64,000 nucleotides of DNA from Epithemia pelagica (Eukaryota; Protista; Bacillariophyta): assembly GCA_946965045.2 (NCBI GenBank), contig OX337235.1, positions 1,054,001 to 1,118,000 on the forward strand, given 5' to 3'. Below the pieces are notes generated by a model, which made no database searches, was not told the origin of the DNA, and saw only the letters and a program-made list of their open reading frames with translations. Position numbers and translations under genes: made by a program. This document shows, in pieces, positions 20,800 through 30,964 of this stretch. Each line of letters opens with the position of its first letter. Position 1 is the stretch's first letter.

Positions 20800-22181
20800 G
20801 AAAAAATAAAAATAGTTAGTGAAATGAAAAAAGCCACATGATTCGGGCACCAGCAGTGCTTGAGCACTTACCATGGTGCTGTTACCAGAAACAGAAGAAC
20901 GAAAGAAAACAGTATTGGCAAGAACACAACAACAGTAGTGAGAAAGCCATCGTTGATAAAATAATGAGAAGATCTGCAAATTTGCGTGCCGTGGAGTAGC
21001 TAGCCGTTTGCAAATCTTCGCGCAGTATACGGCGTTTTAAGTATGGCTAAAAGACACACACCGGCAATACGAACAAATGTCACACGGCATATGTGAGGCT
21101 GACGTTGTTTTACATAGGCAAAAGACAGCTGCTCTCAGCACTTACCGTAGAAACACTCGTACGTTGACCGTGGGGACCTGCCAAATCCCCTCCTCGCTAC
21201 TTCGTGGTCCACCACGTACTCACCACACATTGCACACAGGGGAAGAAACAGTGACAAAGACAACAGCCAATTAGATCACATTCTGATAGCGGCAATCACA
21301 CGTTCTCAACGAAGGGAATCTTACCATAATTTCTTCCTTCTTTTTCTTTTTTCCTTTTCTTCTTCTTTTTTCTCCTCCTTTTTTCCCCTCCTCTTCTGTA
21401 AGATCCCCCTATATTTTCAATACATGCTGTATCAGGGGAGATGGCAGGTCCCAGCTGCCAAATAAGAACTAACGCTTGATCGGCAAAGTTTTCAGCTTTC
21501 CACTTACCACCATGGAAGCGAGAAGCGAACCTTGGCGTCACAAACGTCATTTACCACATGTTCGCATTTCGCTTTAAGAGACCGTGGTCGCTCATAGTCC
21601 CATTTTGTTCGGTTTCATGTCGCGTTGAACTTCATGATTTGCCGGTTGGAATGTTTATCGAGTAAATAATGAAGCACATACCGTCTTATCGGTATTGATT
21701 TCGTATTCGTATTTCGTATTGTGGACACTGTTTCTTGTCTTCTCAATGGAGCTCATTCTCTGGCTGAACTCTTTCGGTAGCATTCGTCGAGTCCCTTGTC
21801 CGTCCGAGTGTGCCTTCATAATACTCGCATTTCTTTAACGAAGAGGACAGAGGACAGAGAAGAGAGACTCTTCCCCGTTGGTTTCAGACACGCGATGAAT
21901 CAGCTGCCCCCTCTCACTGTTCAAGGAGAGCACCTGTCAATTATCTTCTTCATTCTGCCATGTTCGTCCATGGTGGAAACTCCAGTACATACAAGACCGC
22001 CTACCTAGCTCCTAGCTACCTTTTCTACCACAGTAATCAAGGTAATCCAAGGAAAGTACTCCTATGTTTACTGATGATGGATCGAGATAGTATTAATACT
22101 TCCCGGTGTCGAGTCCTTTCAAGGAGGGACCGCCCGGCGCGGAGGGTAGAATGACGAGGAGGGCAATGGTCGAGGAGGGCG

Positions 22182-22489
22182 CACGCCCGACAAGACAATT
22201 GCCCGTTGAGTCATTCTCCCGACAAGCCGGGCGCGCCCGACGGCCACACACAGGGAAGTAGTAAACTTGCTCCCTATCAAGCTGTGTAGGTAGTGAGAAA
22301 TTCCGAAATTCCTGGAAGCCATGTCACAAAGTGTCACACAAGTGTCACACAAGTGTCACACAAGTGTCACACACGAGAGGGAAACCGCGCGACTCGCACG
22401 AAACTACTTCCCGGTCGTACAAAAAATTCCCACTGTAGTATAAAAATGTGAGACGAACTACCTACACAGTCTGGTATGGAGTTAGTTCC
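22182..22489. repeat. About 300-bp segment repeated in inverted orientation at 24820-25104
   Basis: CACGCCCGACAAG...GGAGTTAGTTCC matches the reverse complement of 24820-25104 apart from a few SNPs, a 10-nt insertion and the 11-mer copy number. Confidence 0.92.
22330..22373. repeat. 11-bp minisatellite (AGTGTCACACA)x4
   Basis: Four exact units; the inverted copy near 24935-24950 has only one. Confidence 0.9.
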
Positions 22490-24255
22490 TTAATCGCAGA
22501 ATCCCAATTGGAACGAGTCAAGACCATACTGTCCACTCGAGGGAATCAAAACGCCAATTTTCTCCGCAAAGTCGGCGAGCGAGGGCTCGCCTACGAAACC
22601 CAGCAGCGCCAGCACCACTGGGTTTTGAATGCCCAAAATACTAAGGAGAGTGATCTTATCGGCTTCATCTAGAACCGTCCCAAACCCATTCTCTCGCTTG
22701 ACTTTGACAGGGATGCTGCTATCAACGTCCAAGCCACAGTAGCTCTGGTCTTGTTCAAAGATGTCGATGTTGCCATCTATCACAAACATTTTGAATCCTT
22801 CCATGTATCGCTTGAGAGTTTCGGTGTGCAGGCAAATGTTATCCTGGAGGAAAAAAGGTTCAATGTTGGGAAGGTCAATGCCAAAAGTGATTCCGTCCGT
22901 CGAGAATGCAGTGGGGGTGAGTCGCAGAGTTGGCTCAAAGTTGGCTACTTCCGTCAAGTGGCCCACAGCACCAATACTGGCAGCGGCAAGGGAAAGAACA
23001 CCTGCAGGAGGGGTTCCAGATCCAAGGAAACTTGACTGAAACGATGGACTTTGCCTTCAATTTCGCCTTCCAAGGAACCTGCCACATAGCCTGCCAATTT
23101 TCGGCCAACCTGTTCTACTTCGGGAATGCCAGGGGCGACACCGACCGAAACTTCAACCATCGAGCTACGGCCCTTTGCAAGAGTTGGAACAAGTGGGAAA
23201 CCAGCGCATATTCCAACCGGAATTTGGTCCTCCCCCAAAGGAAAGCTAGCCGGCGGGTCCCCATCAGGGAAATCGCAAGTGGCTTTTTGAACGTCACCGT
23301 GGGCATCGTAGACGTATTTCGGTTCAAAAGCATGGAGAGCGGCAACAACAGCCTGGGATTCGACGGGACGGATTGCTTTGTCCAAGCCCACATGAATGTA
23401 CCGATTAATGTCGTAGCCACGGCCGACGACACCATTGAAATCGCTTTCCGTTGAGCGAGCGAATCCTCCTCCGGCACCGACGTCAACGTTCTGACGAAAG
23501 AAATAGGTCGAAGTGGGATCAATGAGAGGTGCAGGTGAGGTCATAAGGTAGTCAAGATAGGCATTTCCGTCAAGATTGTTACCCCGCGGGTCTCCACCAT
23601 CCATGTTGACACGAATCAAGAAAAGAAGATCCACGTCCGCCAAAAATGATCCACTACCGGTGTTCGAGACGAGATGTTCGAGGTAATCCAAAAAAGCTTC
23701 GGTGCCTCCTGGTTCGTTCCCGTGCATTTGGGACACAAGTATGACCTTGTTTTCGCTCGCAGTGTTGCCCACACGAACTCCCATAAGCACTTTATTTAGG
23801 TTGGTGAGGCCGATTTTTGACGCGTCCTCGTTTCCTGCGCGAACAAGGAGGTCATTTTTGACTGTATTAACAATTTCGTCTCGGATCTTGGTTTCGGTTG
23901 AGCAATCCTTTCCAATCTTCGCGCACATGGTCATCTTCAAGGGCTTGTCAATGTCGAGAATGCCCTCTCCGTCGCTGCTTTCTTTGATCAGTCGACCACC
24001 ATTAATGGTGATGCCAGATTCGGGAGAGGTGGTCCCAAACGTGTGATGATATGAGTTCACAATATTGCCAATCCTGACTGGAATGTCTTCGTTGGTGGTC
24101 AGATGTTCGCGTTGCGCCTCTGCCGCTGTTTGAAAAAGACTTTGAAAATTGAGCGGCGTGTGACAGAGACTGTCTTCGTGTGAACGGCGGAGGAATACCC
24201 CACCACCGAGAGGAAGAAGGGCGTAAAGAGTCGCTGCGGTCACGAAAAGCTTCAT
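22490..24255 (-). CDS. Secreted M14-type zinc carboxypeptidase with a 1-bp frameshift near 23040; C-terminus possibly truncated
   Basis: Signal-peptide-like start, Zn motif QMHGNEPGGTE, RVNMDG, DINR and YDAHG. ORF 22490-22966 continues the protein in another frame (FQSSFLGSGTPPAGVLSLAAASIGAVGHLTE). Confidence 0.8.
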
Positions 24256-24714
24256 CGTTCCAGTCTGCTGTTTTGGTCCTTACCAGAAAAGTGAGCTCTG
24301 CAGATTGTGTGATCAATCTCGTTGTCAGATTTTATCTTCCAGCAAGGAAAGACACAGATCCATGTTGGCCGTTTTCAGTCGTGGTGGGAATACTGAACAT
24401 GTTCACATGTCTCTTGGGTACTACATGTTTCGCTCGGATTGTTTGGCTCGGTGACAGATCATCGATTGCATGAGGTCACTGAGCAAACTTCTTGACTCCG
24501 GTTCTTTGATGTGGCACGCTACAGCGACACCTTCAGAGTAAACCACTACTAATGATTCTTCTGGGCAAGATTCATTGGGCATGAGGCGAATCCATTTCTC
24601 GTCCTTTCGGATGAGTTATCCCCTCCATTGTGTGGTGTTCAAAACTCGATTCTCGTGTGGGAAAACTCGAAAACTCGTGACAGGGTGGAATTGTTGATTC
24701 ACACATGGGAATCG

Positions 24715-25213
24715 GAACCAGGTCTGACAGACATTTGTCATTCCTTGGGTTCTTACTCTCCAGAGCAAAAATGATCTTATCAAATTGATCGATCCGATAT
24801 CGAAGGCCATGTGGAATGTGGAACTAACTCCATACCAGACTGTGTAGGTAGTTTGTCTCACATTTTTATACTACAGTAGGAATTTTTTGTACGACCGGGA
24901 AGTAGTTTCGTGCGAGTCGCGCGGTTTCCCTCTCGTGTGTGACACTTTGTGACATGGCTTCCAGGAATTTCGGAATTTCTCACTACCTACACAGCTTGAT
25001 AGGGAGCAAGTTTACTACTTCCCTGTGTGTGGCCGTCCTCTCGCGTCGGGCGCGCCTGGCTTGTCGGGAGAATGACTCGACGGGCAATTGTCTTGTCGGG
25101 CGTGAACCAGGTCTGAGACATTTGTCATTCCTTGGGTTCTTACTCTCCAGAGCAAAAATGATCTTATCAAATTGATTGATCTGATATCGACGGCCATGTG
25201 GAATGTGGAACTA
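24715..25213. repeat. About 110-bp direct repeat (24715-24826 and 25104-25213) flanking the inverted 300-bp copy
   Basis: GAACCAGGTCTG...GGCCATGTGGAATGTGGAACTA occurs on both sides. Confidence 0.92.
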
Positions 25214-25605
25214 CATCAGCCGCTTAGGATTGATTTTGGGAATACAAAACGGAAAACACTGATGAAGTGGGCAATACCAACACCCCTGGCCTCAAAATTT
25301 CTGCCATATCGCCAGCCCGCACACCAAAAGACTGGCCGACTACTAATTTGCTCGCCCGGCGTCCTTAAATAGAACATTTTTGGTTCCCACTACCACAACT
25401 CATCTCATAAGTAAAATGTCGTACCGGTATCAGCATTTTCTCATGCGGTTATCGTATCATCTTACGTATCATTGAGCTCCATCCAAGATGGCTCGGCATC
25501 GCATTGCAATCAACAATCAACAACAAGACACCCCATGTTCATTCCATCCCAGCACCATCGTTGTCTCACAACTAGGAACAAAGCAGTCTCTCCTTCTCCT
25601 ACATC

Positions 25606-27207
25606 ATGTCGTCCGATTATGAGAATTCCGTTTCAGTGAATCAAATTCCTTTTTTTGATTGGACGTCACAAGATACCCTACGAATGGGTTTGTTTATTGC
25701 GATCCAATTGAAAAACCAGGATCCAAAGACGGTGACCATCGCTCGACTCGAACAGCGACAACGCGAAGAAGATCCTCTCGATCCGGATGAACCTGTTGTC
25801 ACCCACATCCGTCTACGCCTCTTCCCTCCGCTGTTTCCCACCAAGCCTATCGATTGTCACCCGCGCATTCCATCTCATTCTATTCCCAAGATCCTCCATG
25901 GCTGCGGTTCCCAGAACGTCGAGCTTTACGAATCAAGGGAATGTGTTTGGATCAATGGCGAGATCCCCGATGACGAAGTCAAAATTCTCTTCCCCGCTTT
26001 TGTGTTTTCATTTGAGGAACTTGAGAAATCCGAAAACGGATGGGCCCACGGCATCCATAATGTTTACTTTGCCCGTTTCTGGCACAACAAGATCTACTCC
26101 TACACGGTGCGCGCAGAGAATCGTCTTGACCCTATCCCCAAAGGCACTGTTCTTGGGTTCATGAACAAGCACCCACTGTACAAACAGCCATCCAACCTAA
26201 TCATTGCCCGCCGTTGTCAACACCATGCCATATGGGTTGGACTGTTTAGTATCCAGAAAGCAATCATCAAGATGTTGAATAAACGTGGCATGTCCAGTTC
26301 GAGCCGAGAAATTATTTCTCTTAATGTTGGATGCATCCCCTTGGAATGCATCCAATACATTTACTCCCTATCGAAGTTTGTGTCTCCCATCGACTGCCAC
26401 CCAGTGACCCTTCGCGACTCCTTTCTTCATGTTGACTCGTCTCTCACTCGTCGCAAGCTTTCCATGTCCTTTGATGCCGGTGTTCTCCGTTTCAAGTCTA
26501 TTTCAGACCTCAAGTTACTCCGGTCCATATTTGGACCAAGCTCGACGTATGGCTCTTCAGAGAAACGTCCTAATCTTTCGGACGGTAGCACTGGGACGAC
26601 TCTTAAGCGAGGACATCATCTGTCTGTGATCTCCGGCCATGTCAACGACGATGCCGAAGACGAAAAGTTCAAGCGACGCTCGAAGGAACAGCGCGTGGAC
26701 CTCTGTTTCTCGCCATTCAATGTACGTGTCACCGTTGGATACGAGCGATACGTATACTCGCTCCGTGCATGTGGTTCTCTTAAACGCCCCTCACATTGCC
26801 CAACACTCAATACCATTCTCCGTGGTCAATCTCCACAGACCTGTTCGGACACTCTCCAACCGATCAAACCAAGCTCTCCCCCAACAGACCCGTCGTCCGA
26901 AACGGGTACAGATTCCCATGACAACCCCGATGAATCGGAAGAAGCTGAAGAATCTCTGTCAGATGAGTGCAACCCTCCTGTTCTACATCCTCCTGCTCTA
27001 CAGAACATACAACTTGGTGATCAGTTTCTTGATGGTCAAACTGTTTACGAAGTAGTGACTGTCAACAAGACAGCTTCGACTCCTGTTTGTACTTGCCGTG
27101 CTGTTGCCGGAAAGCACTACGATAAGCATCGTCCTGCTGAAGAACAGGACACTATGGAACGAAAGGACATTGTCCAGTTGTTGATCGATATCCATGACTT
27201 TGCCTAA
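25606..27207 (+). CDS. Unknown 533-aa protein inside the TIR element, tail-to-tail with the transposase
   Basis: Intact ORF; its stop lies 50 bp from the transposase stop; no domain recognised. Confidence 0.7.
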   Translation: MSSDYENSVSVNQIPFFDWTSQDTLRMGLFIAIQLKNQDPKTVTIARLEQRQREEDPLDPDEPVVTHIRLRLFPPLFPTKPIDCHPRIPSHSIPKILHGCGSQNVELYESRECVWINGEIPDDEVKILFPAFVFSFEELEKSENGWAHGIHNVYFARFWHNKIYSYTVRAENRLDPIPKGTVLGFMNKHPLYKQPSNLIIARRCQHHAIWVGLFSIQKAIIKMLNKRGMSSSSREIISLNVGCIPLECIQYIYSLSKFVSPIDCHPVTLRDSFLHVDSSLTRRKLSMSFDAGVLRFKSISDLKLLRSIFGPSSTYGSSEKRPNLSDGSTGTTLKRGHHLSVISGHVNDDAEDEKFKRRSKEQRVDLCFSPFNVRVTVGYERYVYSLRACGSLKRPSHCPTLNTILRGQSPQTCSDTLQPIKPSSPPTDPSSETGTDSHDNPDESEEAEESLSDECNPPVLHPPALQNIQLGDQFLDGQTVYEVVTVNKTASTPVCTCRAVAGKHYDKHRPAEEQDTMERKDIVQLLIDIHDFA

Positions 27208-27256
27208 CCTTACATAATATAATCGCGTACCATACATAATAGAAATACTTCTCTAA

Positions 27257-30200
27257 TTATTCTTTCTTAGTGTTAAAGTTCTTCTCCCATCCTGGAACAG
27301 GACCGTGAACAATCTCGACGTCATAGTTGTAGTCATAGTCATCCCCAGCATACTTGTCCCAAAGATGGTCGTCATCGAAGACCCATTTTTTTAACTCTTC
27401 TAGGTCTTTCGTATCTTCTTCCGTCCATCCTTTGGATTCCCTGGCCCTTCTTTCCGCTTCGGCATTGACAAATCGTCCAAACTGTACATCGCCCCCGTTA
27501 TTTTCTACCCAGTTGTTCCATGTATCCATTTCATTGTCCGAAACTTTGGCAATAGACTCAAGCATGTCATCGTATCCCCATCCCACCATAAAGATCATCC
27601 TGCGTTGGAGCCAGCGTGCCATTGGCTCCAACCTACTGCGACGCCCCTTACCACCATGTGTAGCCCCTCCCCGTTGTGTACGATTGAAGTAAAATTGTTT
27701 AAAGACACTGTTAAAAGCTTCGTCACGAGACCATCAGGAAAGTTAGTAAACAAGCAAGACAATCCACTCCGATGCATCCATGTCTGATGGTTACTCACCT
27801 TCCCAGCCTTGTTGGGCGTGGGCACTAAGATTCTTCCAATGACCAAGGTATTCCATGATGTGGCCACTACCAATGAGATGACAGTAGTTCGTAATGCCTC
27901 GTTCTCCATGTAGTTCTACCCATCTCCAAAAGAAAGCATCCGCCTCTCTTTGGTAGTCGTTGATCTCTTGGTCTGACAAGTTGGTTTTCTTGTTCACCAG
28001 TTGCATTGACTTCCTATAGTGACCCACGCTTTCCTTCCACAGACTCAGTCGTTCTTCGTCTACCTCGCACAAGTCAATGATCCTCTCCAGCCCCCCAATA
28101 ACTTTCCGAATACGTACATTGTCCATACAGATAGTTATGAGCTGGTTCGTCTCCGTATCGAAAGGTACTCTCCACTGTCCTGGAAGATACTCTGTCCCAA
28201 TCAAGTGCCTGTTTACCGCCTTGTTGATTGATGCGATGAAGTCTAGGCATCTCGTCGATTCACATTCTGCTGTTAGCCACTCTAGCTTCTCGTTCTTGGT
28301 ATTTTCCAACCCGTCCTTGAGTATCATCGTAAGCAATTTTAGGCCCATACGGTTTTCCATGTGAAGCAAACATGGGACCGTATCCATCATCTGGACCAAT
28401 GCTGTGGCCTTCTTTGAATCTCGGAATTGGCGAACCACCCTTGTTGCTTGATGGTAAGTCCATTCTTTCACATGACTTGCTTTCAGTCGTTCTTGACGTT
28501 CCTCTAAGGTCCCTCTGATTTCCAAATCTCGTGCCAACAAATCGTTGGTTAGTAGCTTGGCGTATTCTGTCCGCTTGGCTCGTGTTGCGACGGAAAGATC
28601 AAAATGAATACTCAACAGTTCCGACTTTTGTTTCTCCAAAGGAACATGCCTAGGATCTTCTTCGATCACCATCTTTGACTCTTTCCATATATCCTTCAGC
28701 TTTTCCGAAATCCCTGGCATCTCCTTTTCTAGAACCTTGACACTCCCTTCAAGTTCCGACAAATGAGAATCGGTGCAGATCTTGTGGTGTCGGCAAACCC
28801 AACCAGGTTGATTGTGATACCCAAGCTCATGACATATGGTGCATTCAGACACTGGTTGAGTTGGTAGGTGAAGTTCTCCACTCTTCGCAGCACACTTGGT
28901 GCAGGGATACGTCGCTTGGCCAGCCGCACCTCCGCACCCGAGTAACTTCCATTCACAAGACATATCGCAATTCGTAGAGATCGTGATCTCTAGAATTCCG
29001 AATTTCGTGGGAAGTACTATCTTAGCCCCTTGTTCAATTTCGACCATCATCATCCGGAACAGGGAGCGCACGAGAGCCTCCGATTCGTGCTGACACACGC
29101 AAAGGATCGGAAATACACTATTCCGTGACTGTTTCAGAATGTTACAAACGTCATTGAATTTGAGACCGCCTAACACATGGCCAAGATTTTTGGTGAACAA
29201 CGCACCGTCCAAACTTTGTGACAGGTGAATCGATCGGGTCTTGGCATCACCGTGGATTAGATGGCCCGCTATCAATATGGCCGCCATCACATCCGCGGCT
29301 CGAAAAGTAAATCCTTCTGCTCCCGTTTCGGAATTTCGGAGGATTCTATACGGTGCAACTATTCGACCAAACCTCTCAACAACAGATGCACAGTCTTGCA
29401 TGCAAGCACTACTGGGTAAGAGTGTCTGGGCGTAAGCAACACCTTCGGTCTCGACATTTCGGAGTAACTCTATCCCCTGAAAATTGAGTGGACCGCCCGC
29501 AAGGTCCATGGCACGTAGAATCTTGAATGGATGAAAGACATTCTCCCGCACGTATTTGCGGAAGACATTATAGGTGGCACGAAACAACAACCCACCGTGA
29601 ATCCCTTTGTCGAGTAGCATTCGTCCGATCTCGTTAAAAAAGGTCCCCGCGTGCTTGCTCTCCTTATCCATGCGCTTTACTTTCGATTCAATGAGCTCTC
29701 GAATGTAAGTCACAATCTTCTTCCTAGCCGTAGGAGTGTAACAAGATTTCGGAAGAGCTTCTTTATCTTTGAACTGTTTCAATTTCCTCTTGAGGTGAGA
29801 AATCTGAGACGACTTGCGTTTCGATTCCTTTCTTACTCGCTTCAGTTCTTCTTGTAATTGTCTGATTTTAATTCCTAATTCATTGTTCAGGTCGCATTCC
29901 TCAAATTTGGGAAATGGGGGGTCCTCGTCGTCATCACAACAGGAGGAATCATCATCTGGTTCATCTGGTACACCTTCGAGGTCATCCTTGGCTAGCTCCT
30001 CATTTGTGTCGGGAACACGTTCGTCGGCACCGGATGGCACTTGAGGATCACATCCATCACCTATTGCAATAGATCCTTGGGCAGATGCAGCCGTATTGGT
30101 ATTGTCTCTTGTCGTCGAGCTTGGTGAAGAAGCTTCGTTTGCATTTGGGCTTGGCGGTGTATCTTGAGTCGAGGGGATGCTAGAAGACTCATTGATGATT

Positions 30201-30964
30201 TCTACGGAATTATCTACGTCAAATGAATCTACAGGTAAACGGGAGTCGACACCATCTGGGTCGATATTGTCGTCAGGTTCCTCTCCTTCGGTGCATCTTG
30301 CGGAAAAAAGCATGTCTTCAATTGAGTTTTTCAATTTGTTGATCGCCATCTTCACTTTCTTGAAACGACCTTTCTTCTTTTTCCTTCGGGGGGCAGCGGT
30401 TGGGAGACAAAAGAGCTCTGCATCTGGGGCTTCGGGGACATATCGAGATCTGGGATCTCGAAATGTCGGCCGAGAAAAGTTCGTATGTTGGGCCCGACAT
30501 ACATAGCGGCCGTTAATGGCTGCGTGGCGATTGATAAATTGCCCGGGACGGTGACCTTCTTCCGTGTCTGCCGCATGGCATTGCGAGCAGAAGAAGAAAC
30601 CAGGATGTTCTTCTTCCCTTGCGCGGCCGTAGACAGAGCAAGGTACGTGTTTCTTGCCCGATTCAAGAAAGTCCTTCAGGATTTTCGCGATGCGCTTACG
30701 TTCGACAGTATTGTCTTCACATGTGACTTTGCTTTCTGACCTACGGGCACGGGTCTTCTTGTTTGGTGACGGTACCAGTTTAATATCCTCGTCAACCTTC
30801 TTGTTCATCTCTTCACGAGCGGTTGCCGATGGACCGGTGATTTTTTCTTGTTCTTCTTCTTTAGATTGCAAGCGCCGTGACTTGCGAATGGCAGGTTGGT
30901 CAGCCGTTGCTTTGTTTGTCGCAAGGTCATCTTGGAGGCGTCTCTTGTTGTTTGATTCTTCCAT
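27257..30964 (-). CDS. RAG1/Transib-like DDE transposase, about 1208 aa, with one 81-bp intron (27718-27798)
   Basis: Motifs SLDGA (D), NCDMS (D), YPCTKC, PCLLHME, NYCHLIGSGH and QQGWE|AFN (E). The intron has GTGAGT, TACTAAC and AG. Splicing joins ORF 27791-30964 to ORF 27257-27631 in frame (GWEAFNSVFKQFYFNRTQRGG). Confidence 0.85.

Larger units (their letters stand above)
5999..21418 (+). mobile_element. Tandem array of four TIR-less DDE transposons, Dada/DUF6729-like. Units: 5999-8773, 8780-12984, 12991-17201, 17208-21418
   Basis: Every unit starts RGGGCCTCAGAAATACATGGCA and ends TTCTGTAAGATCCCCCTATATTTTC. Spacers are exactly 6 bp: ACTCAC (8774-8779) and AATACA (12985-12990, 17202-17207). 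The flanks are ACTCAC (5993-5998) and AATACA (21419-21424). Protein motifs QDHT (D), YSDT (D), RLGLFHF (C/DxxH position) and RGESKLES(W/L)H (E). Confidence 0.85.

Noticed and set aside
5999-21418. TIRs, Helitron or LTR character for the array unit
   Set aside because: The ends are not inverted repeats; there is no CTRR end, RepHel, RT or LTR-length terminal repeat.
5991-21442. U1 snRNA as the array's target (ATACTCAC resembles ATACTTAC; CAGGGGAGAT resembles vertebrate U1)
   Set aside because: No U1-70K loop (GATCAC), no ATTGCAC loop and no Sm site in the flank; the second match is to a lineage-variable stem.
22182-25104. Pack-MULE carrying the carboxypeptidase
   Set aside because: No TSD at the outer ends, and the right arm is nested in a 110-bp direct duplication with junction microhomology, which fits a template switch better.
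25606-27207. Calling the partner gene RAG2-like
   Set aside because: No kelch repeats or PHD cysteine pattern is visible; only the gene arrangement is analogous.
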